Both the position numbers and the translations under genes were made by a program. Under the pieces are notes generated by a model, which was not told the DNA's origin, did no database searches, and was given only the letters and a program-made list of their open reading frames with translations. From Candidatus Saccharimonadota bacterium (GTDB taxonomy: Bacteria > Patescibacteriota > Gracilibacteria > UBA1369 > 2-02-FULL-48-14), in assembly GCA_016699145.1 (NCBI GenBank), contig CP064962.1, positions 1,080,001 through 1,112,000 on the forward strand: a stretch of DNA of 32,000 bases, read 5' to 3'. Below, in pieces: positions 16,217-25,660 of this stretch. Each line of letters starts with the position of its first letter. Position 1 is the first letter of the stretch.

Positions 16217-16996
16217 ATGCTCATCAAAACTCTTCAAACCTTCGGCCTAGACGACAAAGAAATCGCTGCTTACTTACGTTTGCTCAAATACGGAGGCACC
16301 CCCGCCAGCACACTGGCTTACCTCTTGGCCCAACCTCGAACCAGTGTTCAAAATGTGCTCACTCGTCTTGAAAAACAGAACCTCGTGGTGAAAACCCGAG
16401 ACAAGAACACCTACGTCTACTCCGCTGTCCATCCCGAAGAATTCATAGAAATGCTTGAAATTCGCAAACGTAAAAAGAACTACGAGTATCAAAAACTATC
16501 AAATGAACTTGAAAAAGTCATGCCTCAAATGCTTGGAATGATGCAAACCGACCGACACATCCCCAGTGTACAGTTTTATAGAGGTAGGGCAGGGGTCCAT
16601 CAGGTGCTTTTTGACACGCTCAACTCCAAAACAGACCTCAAGGACTTCGCCAACATCGACGCCATGTTCAAGTACGTCAAAGACATCAATAGCGAATATG
16701 TACGTGCTCGAGAAAAAACCACCCTCAAAAAGCGCAGCCTACTTTTAGACACTCCTTTTGCACGCAAAACCTATGAGAGCCAAAAATACTCTCCCAAGTC
16801 TCACGCCGGTTATAAATGGATCAACAGTCAGCGTTATCCGTTCACCATTGAAACCAATATCTACGACGGGAAAGTTTCCTACCTCACTTACGTCGAAAAC
16901 GATCTGATTGGGGTGATCATTGAAAACGACTACATCTACCAAATGCACGATTCCATGTGGAACCTCATTTGGGACAGCTTGCCCGATTCTAAATAA
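16217..16996 (+). CDS. TrmB-family transcriptional regulator
   Basis: The N-terminal winged-helix sequence LQTFGLDDKEIAAYLRLLKYGGTPASTLAYLLAQPRTSVQNVLTRLEKQNLV is typical of TrmB. The ATG at 16217 is preferred over the track start at 16187 because of promoter spacing. Confidence 0.7.
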   Translation: MLIKTLQTFGLDDKEIAAYLRLLKYGGTPASTLAYLLAQPRTSVQNVLTRLEKQNLVVKTRDKNTYVYSAVHPEEFIEMLEIRKRKKNYEYQKLSNELEKVMPQMLGMMQTDRHIPSVQFYRGRAGVHQVLFDTLNSKTDLKDFANIDAMFKYVKDINSEYVRAREKTTLKKRSLLLDTPFARKTYESQKYSPKSHAGYKWINSQRYPFTIETNIYDGKVSYLTYVENDLIGVIIENDYIYQMHDSMWNLIWDSLPDSK

Positions 16997-17083
16997 TTCA
17001 CCTATGACAGAGGAATTTATGAATACAACTTGCAACCTTGAAAAGCCCACCATATTACTGTATAGTATACACATAAGTATACT

Positions 17084-17656
17084 ATGCCAAACCAAATACA
17101 AGCTCATCGCATCGCTTTATTGGCTCGCAAAAGTGAAGTCCTTTTTCACCTGAAAGACCTCGCCAACTTGTGGCAAATCAAGCAGGCTCAAACCTTAAGA
17201 ATCACCATCAAACGCTATTGTGATGCCGGTCTCTTGTACCGCATTTACAGAGGTTTTTACGCCACTCGACCCCTTACCGAACTAGACCCACAAGTTTTAG
17301 GAGCCAAGGCTCTTCATACCTATTGTTACCTTTCCACCGAATCCATTTTATTCGCAACCGGCTATCTTTCACAGAAGCCACAGGCCTTAAGCTTTGTGAG
17401 CGCACGCCGAAAAACCATCCAAATAGGAGAGCAGCTCATCCTCAGCCGCCAACTCAAAACTGCTTTTCTTTACAATTCCGAAGGGGTAGAAGAATCCGAT
17501 GGAGTCAAGAAAGCAACTCCAGAGCGTGCGGTGGCGGACCTCCTTTACTTCAATCCCCTCGCTCACTTCGACAAAAAAGTAGATTGGAATCGCGTCCGTG
17601 CCCTCCAAAAAAAGATCGGTTATCCTCTCACCCCCAAGCGCTATGTTGCTTCCTAA
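17084..17656 (+). CDS. AbiEi-like antitoxin (type IV TA / abortive infection)
   Basis: The N-terminal pattern LFHLKDLANLW...TIKRYCDAGLLYRIYRGFYA matches the AbiEi antitoxin N-domain style. The gene sits directly upstream of, and overlaps, an AbiEii-type gene. Confidence 0.65.
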   Translation: MPNQIQAHRIALLARKSEVLFHLKDLANLWQIKQAQTLRITIKRYCDAGLLYRIYRGFYATRPLTELDPQVLGAKALHTYCYLSTESILFATGYLSQKPQALSFVSARRKTIQIGEQLILSRQLKTAFLYNSEGVEESDGVKKATPERAVADLLYFNPLAHFDKKVDWNRVRALQKKIGYPLTPKRYVAS

Positions 17657-18389
17657 AACCAGTGACGCCGTTCACAAAGCGTGGCTCTACACCGTGCTCA
17701 CCGAAATAGCCGACCATAGAGACTTGAGCCGCCTGCTTCGTTTTAAAGGAGGAACCTGCGCCGCTATGCTGGGGTGGATCAATCGTTTTTCTGTAGATTT
17801 GGACTTTGATCTCATTGATGAAAGACAGGTGGCATTTGTTCAAAAAGAGCTCGAAAAAATCTTTAAAAAGCTGAGCTTAGAAATCAAAGATAAAAGTCAA
17901 AAAGCACCTCAGTACTTTTTAAAGTACCCCGCAGCCCTAAAAGACAGAAACACTCTCAAGCTGGACGTGAGTTTTCCACCTGTAAAAGCCAACGACTACG
18001 AGCCATACCGTTTTGAAGAAATCGACCGCATCTTCCACTGCCAAACCCCTTCCACCATGTTCGCCAACAAATTGGTGGCCCTCATGGACCGCTACGAAAA
18101 GACCGGCTCCATCGCAGGAAGAGATCTTTTTGATATTCATACATTTTTCACCAAAGGATTCACCTATAAACCCGAAGTGATTGAAGAACGCCGTGGAGTA
18201 GAGGCCAAAATTTACCTCAAGGAGCTCAAAAAATTCATCCAAGAAGAGATCACTCAAACCGTCATCGACCAAGACTTAAACACCCTGGTTCCCCCAGTCG
18301 ATTTTAAAAAACTACGCCTTATTCTTAAGCCGCAGGTCTTGATTTTTTTAGGGGCTAACGAATTTAAAATGGATAGTGAAGAATCTTAG
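17643..18389 (+). CDS. AbiEii/AbiGii-family nucleotidyltransferase toxin
   Basis: Hallmark sequence LRFKGGTCAAMLGWINRFSVDLDFD (GGT...R-S-D-D-F). The ATG at 17643 overlaps the AbiEi stop by 14 nt. Confidence 0.8.
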   Translation: MLLPKTSDAVHKAWLYTVLTEIADHRDLSRLLRFKGGTCAAMLGWINRFSVDLDFDLIDERQVAFVQKELEKIFKKLSLEIKDKSQKAPQYFLKYPAALKDRNTLKLDVSFPPVKANDYEPYRFEEIDRIFHCQTPSTMFANKLVALMDRYEKTGSIAGRDLFDIHTFFTKGFTYKPEVIEERRGVEAKIYLKELKKFIQEEITQTVIDQDLNTLVPPVDFKKLRLILKPQVLIFLGANEFKMDSEES

Positions 18390-18405
18390 CCACGAAAAAA
18401 CCGGC

Positions 18406-18466
18406 CACAAGGACCGGCGATGTAACTATAATCAACACATCGTTTCGTCCTTGTGCGGTGCTTTTT
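18406..18466 (+). terminator. long imperfect hairpin plus U-run; probable terminator of the abiE unit
   Basis: CACAAGGAC (18406-18414) pairs with GTCCTTGTG (18447-18455), and CGATGT (18418-18423) pairs with ACATCG (18437-18442). A TTTTT run follows at 18462-18466. Confidence 0.5.
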
Positions 18467-18583
18467 CATAAGCCAAGCCCCTTGCCAACGCCCTAACCTC
18501 ATGCTAATCTCACCGCGCTTTCTCTGTCTTTCGGCTTTGGGAATCGCCCAAAATAGACCGAAGGTAACCTTTAACCCATACAG

Positions 18584-19066
18584 ATGAAATACGAACTCAT
18601 GTTGCTTCTGAGTCCAAAACATACGGACAAGGAGCAAGAAAAACACCTCAAAGAGGTGAAACAAACCCTCACCGAAAACGGCTACACCGTCGTGGATGAG
18701 GACACTTGGGGTATGCGTGATCTCGCGTACCGAATTGCCGGGAACGACCGAGCTTACTATGTCGTTTTAAATTTCACCGGTGAACCCGCTGGAATGGCGC
18801 CCGTTCACAAGGATTTGCGCATCCAACCGGGTCTGCTCCGTTACCTGCTCGTGAAAGTTGCAGACGATTACACTCTCATGCGCTACGAAGGGGGTCTCAG
18901 CATGGCCAAAACAATCAACAAAATGAGTGCTCCTGCTGAAGAGCTCAACAAAAAAGTGCGTGCTTCCAAAAAGAAGTCAGACACTCCCAAAGAGGAAGAA
19001 TCCAAGCAAACTGAAGCACTCGATGAAAAGCTCAAAGCCATCATCGAAGACAAAGATATCCTTTAA
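18584..19066 (+). CDS. rpsF: 30S ribosomal protein S6 with a Lys/Glu-rich C-terminal extension
   Basis: MKYELMLLLSP...WGMRDLAYRI...YYVVLNF is a canonical bS6 core, and the gene sits in rpsF-ssb-rpsR order. Confidence 0.9.
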   Translation: MKYELMLLLSPKHTDKEQEKHLKEVKQTLTENGYTVVDEDTWGMRDLAYRIAGNDRAYYVVLNFTGEPAGMAPVHKDLRIQPGLLRYLLVKVADDYTLMRYEGGLSMAKTINKMSAPAEELNKKVRASKKKSDTPKEEESKQTEALDEKLKAIIEDKDIL

Positions 19067-19084
19067 TTTTTAAACTTTCGTATT

Positions 19085-19558
19085 ATGCGAAGCGTGAATA
19101 AAGTGATCCTCATCGGTAATCTCACTCGAGATCCCGAACTCAAAAACACTACCAGTGGTCAATCCATCGTGACTTTCGGTCTTGCGACCAATCGTCAATG
19201 GACCACCTCCAGCCGCGAAAAACGCAGCTCTGCCGAATTCCACGAATGTGTGGCTTGGGCTAAGCTCGCTGAAATCTGTCAACAACACCTCCGCAAGGGA
19301 ATGCTGGTCTACGTTGAAGGCTACCTCAAAACTCGCAGTTGGGACCTTGAAGACGGCACTCGCCGTTTCCGCACAGAAATCGTGCTCCAAGACATGATCA
19401 TTCTTGAAAAACGTCAAGATGCCATGGATTACATTCCCGAAGGGGAAGGAGAAATGGCCGGGCCCATGGATGACGTGGAAATGGTGGCTCAAGAACCTAG
19501 TGCTCCTCAAGGAAGCAGCGGACTCTCCGCTTCCATCGAAGAGGACAACATGTTTTAA
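19085..19558 (+). CDS. ssb: single-stranded DNA-binding protein
   Basis: OB-fold N-terminus VNKVILIGNLTRDPELK...FGLATNRQW and an acidic C-terminal tip ending in F. Confidence 0.9.
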   Translation: MRSVNKVILIGNLTRDPELKNTTSGQSIVTFGLATNRQWTTSSREKRSSAEFHECVAWAKLAEICQQHLRKGMLVYVEGYLKTRSWDLEDGTRRFRTEIVLQDMIILEKRQDAMDYIPEGEGEMAGPMDDVEMVAQEPSAPQGSSGLSASIEEDNMF

Positions 19559-19581
19559 CAGATTAAAATCTCTCTCAATTT

Positions 19582-19800
19582 ATGACTAAAAAAGTTAAAG
19601 TTCAAAAGACCAAGCGCCCCGAAGTGCCCGCTCTTGTAGATTACAAAGACGTGGAACTTCTGCGCGGTTATCTTTCTGTTTTTGGACGCATCGTGCCCCG
19701 CTACTACACGGGTGTCAGCCTCAAACAACAAAAACAACTCGCGCTCGCCATCAAACGTGCTCGCGAAATGGCTCTCTTGCCATACACCAGCAAGTACTAG
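19582..19800 (+). CDS. rpsR: 30S ribosomal protein S18
   Basis: The sequence [50 protein letters not shown] is a canonical bS18. Confidence 0.9.
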   Translation: MTKKVKVQKTKRPEVPALVDYKDVELLRGYLSVFGRIVPRYYTGVSLKQQKQLALAIKRAREMALLPYTSKY

Positions 19801-19831
19801 GCCTAAAAAAGCGCTAGTTTAAGCCATAAAG

Positions 19832-19856
19832 TCCCGCTCTCGACAGCGGGATTTTT
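19832..19856 (+). terminator. rho-independent terminator of the rpsF-ssb-rpsR operon
   Basis: Stem TCCCGCT (19832-19838) / AGCGGGA (19845-19851) with loop CTCGAC, followed by TTTTT (19852-19856). Confidence 0.8.
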
Positions 19857-19919
19857 AGTGCTCCGTAGACCCTTCCAAAAAAATGCATTTCGTGGTAAAA
19901 TAATGAGATTAAAATACGT

Positions 19920-20453
19920 ATGGCAAAACAAAAACAAAATTCCCCAGAGAACCTGGAGGAAAAAGCACAAAACATCAATGCGTTTGAAAATGCGCTGTTC
20001 AGGTGGAAAACGCCCCGTTATTTGCGCTACGAACGCGGTTGGATGTGGTTTGTCTTCATGTTTGCAAGCTGTGCCGGCTTGGCTTTTTATGGCTACCGCA
20101 CCGAATCCCTCACCATGATGGGGGTCTTCGCCCTACTGCCTTTGGTGCTCTTGCTCGAACACCGAAAGAAGCCGGAATGGGTGGAAGTGGTGATCTCGGA
20201 ATACGGCATTCGTTTTGGAGAAATGACCTTGCCCTTCAGTGGCATGAGCCGGTTTTGGATACTTCACAACCCTCCTTACCTGAACGAATTGCACGTCGAA
20301 ACCGAAAGCAAAATGCACAAAGAATATGTGATACAAATGTTGAACATAGATCCAACTCAAATCCGTCAATACTTGGCCACTCAAGTGCCGGAATGGGAAG
20401 GCAAACATCTCAGCCTTTTGGACACTTTAACTCGTATTCTCAAACTGAACTGA
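19920..20453 (+). CDS. hypothetical 2-TM membrane protein (cluster gene A)
   Basis: 177 aa. Two adjacent hydrophobic helices (WMWFVFMFASCAGLAFYGY and LTMMGVFALLPLVLLL) are followed by a small soluble domain. Its stop abuts the next start. Confidence 0.65.
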   Translation: MAKQKQNSPENLEEKAQNINAFENALFRWKTPRYLRYERGWMWFVFMFASCAGLAFYGYRTESLTMMGVFALLPLVLLLEHRKKPEWVEVVISEYGIRFGEMTLPFSGMSRFWILHNPPYLNELHVETESKMHKEYVIQMLNIDPTQIRQYLATQVPEWEGKHLSLLDTLTRILKLN

Positions 20454-22013
20454 ATGACTGACAAATTTCAAAACAACCGGGAAGAAGCCGAATTGCAAAA
20501 CAATCAAAAAGCCGCTCAAAAAGAAGCGGCTGCCATCGGTGGACGCCTAACGTCCATTAAAGATGCAGCCGGGGACTACGGGGCCGTCAAGAATCAGTTC
20601 AATGCGGTTTATAAAGCCAAAGCCCAAGAATTGATGCGTGAACTTGACTATTTGCGGGATCTTTTGGACCTACGTCGCATCGAAGACATTCAAAAAGCCA
20701 TTTTGCAATCCTTGCACAGCCGCTGGGCACTCATCTTGGAAATGACAGAAAATGCCACCGATCCTCACCTTCAAATCAGTCGTGGGATCAACATCCTCCA
20801 GAGCCTTTCTGTGCCTTCTCTCGTTTACGAACACTTGGTGAAGCAAGGAGACAAAACAGCCGCTGCTGCTTACCTCGAAAAACTGGGAAAACGTGGAGAA
20901 GAACTGCTGCCCGATTACAGTAAAATCGCAGAACGTATTCAAAAAAATGAACTCACCCGCGAAGATGTCCAAAAACTCGCTCAACTCAGCGAAGGCTTGG
21001 GGCGGAAAAAAACCGATTGGATTCAAGAAGGAGTGTCCGTCAGCTTGCTGCGCCTGCTCACGGAGTCTCAAAAAGTCTCTTTGATAGGAGAAATAGTGAA
21101 AAAGCCCAATGCGCAAGCCATTTTAGATCCTCTCTTGCTGGGAGGATACATTCAAGTGGCGCAAGTTTCCGGCACGATAGAAGCGCGACTGAAAACCGAC
21201 ATGGACTCTAAAGAACGAAAGCATTTAGAAGCTTTACATGTGCATGTGCAAGATCCAAAAATGGCCCAAGCACAAGCAGAAATTGAAGAAGCCGTGCAGA
21301 AGGAAATGGCAAAAAGAGGCCAGGGAGGCCGCTCTTTCGGTAGCGTCAACCATGCACGCCAACTGCTCACTTTCAAAGGGATAGGAGGAACTTTATTGGC
21401 CATCAATGGAGCGACAGCCACGTTTGCAAACGTTTTAATGAACATTCATCAACCCGCTGAACTCTTGGGCAACCCTGCATTGGGAATAGCGATGGCTATG
21501 ACTGTGGGAGGCTTGGAACTCAGTCAGGGAGTGGGAGGCTTAATGGATAAACCCACCGAAAATTTGGCTCAATGGGTTGAGAAAATCGATGATGGTGTTC
21601 AAGGAAAAGATAAAACCGAAGACCTCGCAATCCAGATGAAAAAGATGAATTTGGAAAAAAGCATTTTGCGTGGAGGGCCAATACGTAAGATTTACTTACA
21701 ATTCGCCGAGCAAATCAATGCGGCTTACGAAAAGAAACGAACAGCGCTGCACAACTCCGACGTTGATATCAGCTTCGAAGAAATGGAACTGGATGGGGAA
21801 GGAATAAGCAAAGCATTCAACATTCCAGCCGCAAACAAAATGCAAGTTGAAAGCACAATATCAAAATGGGTTAAACAAATGGCAGCTGGAGAAAATAAAA
21901 TGTCCGTTGAGTCACAAAAGGATTTCATGGGTAAAGCATTGGAAGAGAAATACGCCTTAGCTCACTATGCACCTTTGTCTGAAGAAGAAGAAAACAAATT
22001 GCTCCTCACCTAA
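20454..22013 (+). CDS. hypothetical protein, helical with a Gly-rich hydrophobic hairpin (cluster gene B)
   Basis: 519 aa. The ATG immediately follows the upstream TGA. The central hydrophobic segment is GIGGTLLAINGATATFANVLM...LGIAMAMTVGGLELSQGVGGLM. No motif recognised. Confidence 0.7.
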   Translation: MTDKFQNNREEAELQNNQKAAQKEAAAIGGRLTSIKDAAGDYGAVKNQFNAVYKAKAQELMRELDYLRDLLDLRRIEDIQKAILQSLHSRWALILEMTENATDPHLQISRGINILQSLSVPSLVYEHLVKQGDKTAAAAYLEKLGKRGEELLPDYSKIAERIQKNELTREDVQKLAQLSEGLGRKKTDWIQEGVSVSLLRLLTESQKVSLIGEIVKKPNAQAILDPLLLGGYIQVAQVSGTIEARLKTDMDSKERKHLEALHVHVQDPKMAQAQAEIEEAVQKEMAKRGQGGRSFGSVNHARQLLTFKGIGGTLLAINGATATFANVLMNIHQPAELLGNPALGIAMAMTVGGLELSQGVGGLMDKPTENLAQWVEKIDDGVQGKDKTEDLAIQMKKMNLEKSILRGGPIRKIYLQFAEQINAAYEKKRTALHNSDVDISFEEMELDGEGISKAFNIPAANKMQVESTISKWVKQMAAGENKMSVESQKDFMGKALEEKYALAHYAPLSEEEENKLLLT

Positions 22014-22021
22014 AAATAAAA

Positions 22022-23230
22022 ATGTTACTCACCGAATCTTTAAATCAATACAAACAACTTCTCGAACGTGAAATGCGTGGAGAAGCCATTCGATTGGAGC
22101 CGGGTTATGCCCAATATTATGAAGTTTGGAAAGAATCCAAAAAAGAATCTTTACCCAAACTTTCGGCGGAAGAACGCGTGGAACATTTTTCTGACGATTT
22201 GGAAGAAGAAGTGAACAAACGCATAGAAAATCTGATCGCTCACAAATGGATGAGAGTGGAGAAGAAAAAGGAATTGTACGCAGAGGCCAAACGCGGCGAT
22301 TTGCTTTTGGTGAGCACAGATGAAGGGAAAAATTTTAATCAAGTCTTGAGTTTGAAAGAAGTGCAAACTCTTGATCCATTAAAAGTGCGTTTGCTTTCCT
22401 CCACTTTGATCAGCACCACGAACAAATATGAAAAAGTGAAAGAAGAACAAAATTTGCTGCACATTGCAAAGACACTGCGCGACAATCATTGCTTGGTGCA
22501 AAGAGGATTCATAAAAGAAGGTGTGGCGCATGTAGAAATCATCAATCCACGGCTGAAATCCACTGAAGTGGAAGTGGACTTAAACAGCTCCGATTCAACT
22601 TTCGATTATCGCTTCAAAGGAAAAGATGAAAAAGAAAAGCACGTGCCCGAAACTCAATTGCCCGAAGCTTTCGGTTTGGCAAGCATCGAAAGCAGTCTCG
22701 GTTTAAAGAACGCCACAAATGCCACTTACCTTCTGCAAGGATTGGATCACAAGCAAGAAGACCAATTGCGTGCCCAAAAAATAGGGGCGGTCTCCAGCTT
22801 TTTAGCGAGCACAGCCTTACAAGAAACCGCTTTAAAAAAAGCTCGAACAAGCGAGTGGCTTTGGAAAAAACAAGAGGAACAATCTCACGCACAAAACCTT
22901 CAACAACTTGTGCCGCTTTTGAACGCAGAAACCCGTTTTATTTCCAATGTTTTGGAATCTAAAAAACAAGTGGCCGCTCGCATTGCGCTGCAAAAAGCCG
23001 CTGCAACAGCTGAAATTTTAAACCAAGAAAAAAGAATGGAGACGTATCAATTGGCGAGACAAGTGGCCGCGCAAGAAAGAAGGGCTCAGTTCATCAAAAA
23101 ACAAGAAGCCTATGCCCAAGCTCAAAGCAACAGAAAAATGCTCGGAGTGCTGGGAGCGGGACTCACCGGAACTTTGACGCTCAGCTTCGGAGGTTTTGCT
23201 TGGTGGATCGTTCACCTAACCACTCTTTAA
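22022..23230 (+). CDS. hypothetical coiled-coil protein with a C-terminal membrane anchor (cluster gene C)
   Basis: 402 aa, rich in E/K/Q heptad-like sequence. The C-terminal TM segment is MLGVLGAGLTGTLTLSFGGFAWWIVHL. Confidence 0.7.
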   Translation: MLLTESLNQYKQLLEREMRGEAIRLEPGYAQYYEVWKESKKESLPKLSAEERVEHFSDDLEEEVNKRIENLIAHKWMRVEKKKELYAEAKRGDLLLVSTDEGKNFNQVLSLKEVQTLDPLKVRLLSSTLISTTNKYEKVKEEQNLLHIAKTLRDNHCLVQRGFIKEGVAHVEIINPRLKSTEVEVDLNSSDSTFDYRFKGKDEKEKHVPETQLPEAFGLASIESSLGLKNATNATYLLQGLDHKQEDQLRAQKIGAVSSFLASTALQETALKKARTSEWLWKKQEEQSHAQNLQQLVPLLNAETRFISNVLESKKQVAARIALQKAAATAEILNQEKRMETYQLARQVAAQERRAQFIKKQEAYAQAQSNRKMLGVLGAGLTGTLTLSFGGFAWWIVHLTTL

Positions 23231-23231
23231 T

Positions 23232-25616
23232 ATGAAAAACACACTCAAAAAAATAGGGATGTGGATAGGGAGACACAAAAAGGTGCTGCTCTTAACAGCA
23301 CTGGGAATGGTCTTCATTTTTCAACCCGAAATGGCTCATGCCGAGCCTCCCAGTGTAAGCAGCGGAGACAACAGCGAAACCGTCAAAGCCGTTGCCGAAA
23401 TGGTCAACTTATTTGTGAGATTTTTAAACACCTTGCTGTGGCCTTTACTGCTCATCATTGGCGATCTTTTGGATGTGGACATGATCACGGGCCCCGGAAT
23501 GGAAGAACGCTTGCTCGCCATTTGGGTGGAGATGAGAAATTTAGTGAACATCGCCATTGCTTTGCTCTTGGTGGTGGTGGCTTTTTACAACGTCTTAGGC
23601 TTGGGTGGAGGAGAAGGAGAATTGGCCATAAAAACCGTACTGCCAAAAATTGTGCTGGGTTTGATTTTGGTCAACTTCACCTACGTGGGAGGTAAAGTGA
23701 TTTTGGATGTTGCCAATGTGGGCACCACCATTGCTTTTGCCTTGCCACAAGTCATGGAGCAAAGCAATTCCAGTCAATTCCAAATCGATTCTCAAATTGA
23801 AACATTTCAGCAAGAAGTGTGTTACCCCAAACCCACGGTGGCCGACCAAGGCACGCCCGATGACCCCAGCGACGATGTTGTTTCGCAAGGATTTTACAGC
23901 AAAGACGATGCCCCCATTCAAACCGAACTTTTTTGTGAATTGGCCACCGCCGATTCCGATGTGGCGGGTGAACCGGACACCGATCAATACGGAGGTATAA
24001 AAGAATCCCTTAGATCGACTTATTTCAGCAATTTAAATAAGAACAATGTGGCCATCATCATGGCCGTGAATATGGGTTCTTTGGGTAGTTTGGAACTGCT
24101 CAAAAGTTCAGCCGTAGAAAGCTTTAAAGACCTCACCGTGAACAGCCTCTTTGCAGTAGTCATGTACATCATCTTTGCGATTTCGTACGTCGTGTTGGCA
24201 GCGGTACTGGTGGTGCGCCTGATTGTACTGTGGTTGGCGCTCGCTCTTTCCCCTCTTGCCGTGCTGACCTATGTGGTGCCCCAAATCAAAGAGTGGTTGG
24301 GTGGAGGCGGCGATTTCACGCAAAAAGTCATTAAACATTTGGTGGCTCCCATCATCATCGGTTTAACCATGAGCATGGGCTTCCTACTGATGGACGGATG
24401 GAGCGTGGTCACCCGCGACTCTTTCAATGCTTATTCAGACACTCAAGTCACCGAAGTCATGAGCAGCCAATTCCTCGTTTCCGGCATCGATGATTTGCCC
24501 AAACTCATCCTCGCCATTGCCAGCATCGCCGTAGTGTGGATGGGAGTGTTTGCAGCCGCCAACGACACGTATGCAGCGGGGTTGACCAACTTCATAAAAG
24601 AAAAAGGAGAAGCCGTGGGCGGCATCCTTATGAAGGCTCCTTTGCGTCTCGAAACCATTCCGTTCGGAACGAAAGACGATCCTCAACCTGTGGCTCCACT
24701 CAGTATTATGGGCCTCATGGACGACAAGATTCGGGAATACCAATACGGAAACACCGGAAAATTGGCCACCGATCGTTCCGAACTGGAAGACATTTTGAGA
24801 CAAAGTGGTTGGAGCTCTCTAGTTCCAGAAGGTGGCAGCAAAGACCCCTTGAACAGTTCTCGTCGCCTTTACGACAACGCCCAAATCGCAAACAAAGGAT
24901 TGATCTCGGCCAATGAAGCCAAAGAAATGGCTCGTGATCTTGCAAACATTGTGGAACAAAGTGGCGCCCTCAAAAAAGCAGGTACCCGAGATGATTATCT
25001 TAAGCAACTGACCCTCATCCAAGAGAAATTGGGCAGTGAAAACAAACGTGAAGCAGAAGAAGCTTTCCGTGATTTGCAAGAACTGGCTCGTGAAAAACTC
25101 ACTGCCGATGACATCGGTATTAGAGAAATGAACCTCAACGGAAGTCAGTACAACGAATTCATCGAAGCCATGAAGAAAGGTGAAGAAGTCAAATTCACAA
25201 CCGCTCAAAAAGAAGCAGAAAATCCAAGAACACAAATTAAACAAACGCCCGCAGCCGTTCCTGCCCTTATTACCGAGGCACAAAGCACGGCCAACGGTTT
25301 TGCAGGAGCTGTAAGCGCGATCAAAGGCGAACCCACGGCACAAGCTTTTGCTGAACGGGCAGAAAAAACACAAAGCGAACTCGCGAAGGCAAGAGATGCC
25401 GTAACAGCCTTAGGAACCGATTTCACGGATGAAAAGAAAGGGCTGGCTGCAATTCAAACAGAAAAGGCACAAAAAGAGACAGAATCTCTACTCAAAGACA
25501 TGCAAGCGGACGCTCAAAAAAATGGACAAGCGCTCGCCGAAACAGTAACCAAACCCATTGAAGACAGCATTGCTCAATTGGAAGCCCTCAAAGGCAAGCT
25601 CACACAACTGAAATAA
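23232..25616 (+). CDS. hypothetical polytopic membrane protein with a signal peptide and a long coiled-coil C-terminal tail (cluster gene D)
   Basis: 794 aa. The N-terminus KKVLLLTALGMVFIFQPEMAHA looks like a signal peptide. About 7 hydrophobic helices follow, with a Cys-containing acidic loop (residues about 180-300). The last 330 aa or so are hydrophilic and coiled-coil-like. Confidence 0.8.
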   Translation: MKNTLKKIGMWIGRHKKVLLLTALGMVFIFQPEMAHAEPPSVSSGDNSETVKAVAEMVNLFVRFLNTLLWPLLLIIGDLLDVDMITGPGMEERLLAIWVEMRNLVNIAIALLLVVVAFYNVLGLGGGEGELAIKTVLPKIVLGLILVNFTYVGGKVILDVANVGTTIAFALPQVMEQSNSSQFQIDSQIETFQQEVCYPKPTVADQGTPDDPSDDVVSQGFYSKDDAPIQTELFCELATADSDVAGEPDTDQYGGIKESLRSTYFSNLNKNNVAIIMAVNMGSLGSLELLKSSAVESFKDLTVNSLFAVVMYIIFAISYVVLAAVLVVRLIVLWLALALSPLAVLTYVVPQIKEWLGGGGDFTQKVIKHLVAPIIIGLTMSMGFLLMDGWSVVTRDSFNAYSDTQVTEVMSSQFLVSGIDDLPKLILAIASIAVVWMGVFAAANDTYAAGLTNFIKEKGEAVGGILMKAPLRLETIPFGTKDDPQPVAPLSIMGLMDDKIREYQYGNTGKLATDRSELEDILRQSGWSSLVPEGGSKDPLNSSRRLYDNAQIANKGLISANEAKEMARDLANIVEQSGALKKAGTRDDYLKQLTLIQEKLGSENKREAEEAFRDLQELAREKLTADDIGIREMNLNGSQYNEFIEAMKKGEEVKFTTAQKEAENPRTQIKQTPAAVPALITEAQSTANGFAGAVSAIKGEPTAQAFAERAEKTQSELAKARDAVTALGTDFTDEKKGLAAIQTEKAQKETESLLKDMQADAQKNGQALAETVTKPIEDSIAQLEALKGKLTQLK

Positions 25617-25625
25617 AATGCAAAC

Positions 25626-25654
25626 TTTACAAAAATAAAATTTGATGCTACTAT
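25626..25654 (+). promoter_or_regulatory. internal sigma70-type promoter ahead of cluster gene E
   Basis: TTTACA (25626-25631), 17-nt spacer, TACTAT (25649-25654). Confidence 0.45.
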
Positions 25655-25660
25655 CACCCT

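Noticed and set aside
18386-18664. 92-aa minus-strand ORF across the rpsF start
   Set aside because: It overlaps the rpsF 5' end and the structured leader and terminator. Its composition is basic and Trp-rich, typical of an antisense artefact.
19858-20461. ORFs 19858..20118 and 20003..20461 in alternative frames of cluster gene A
   Set aside because: The 19920..20453 frame gives a coherent 2-TM protein and exact stop/start abutment with the next gene. The alternative frames are Arg/Cys-rich.
23261-25426. Multiple alternative-frame and antisense ORFs within the 794-aa gene (for example 23261..23695 +, 23595..23987 -, 24819..25373 -)
   Set aside because: They overlap a long ORF with a coherent signal-peptide and TM architecture. 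Their products are Arg/Gly/Cys-rich and implausible.
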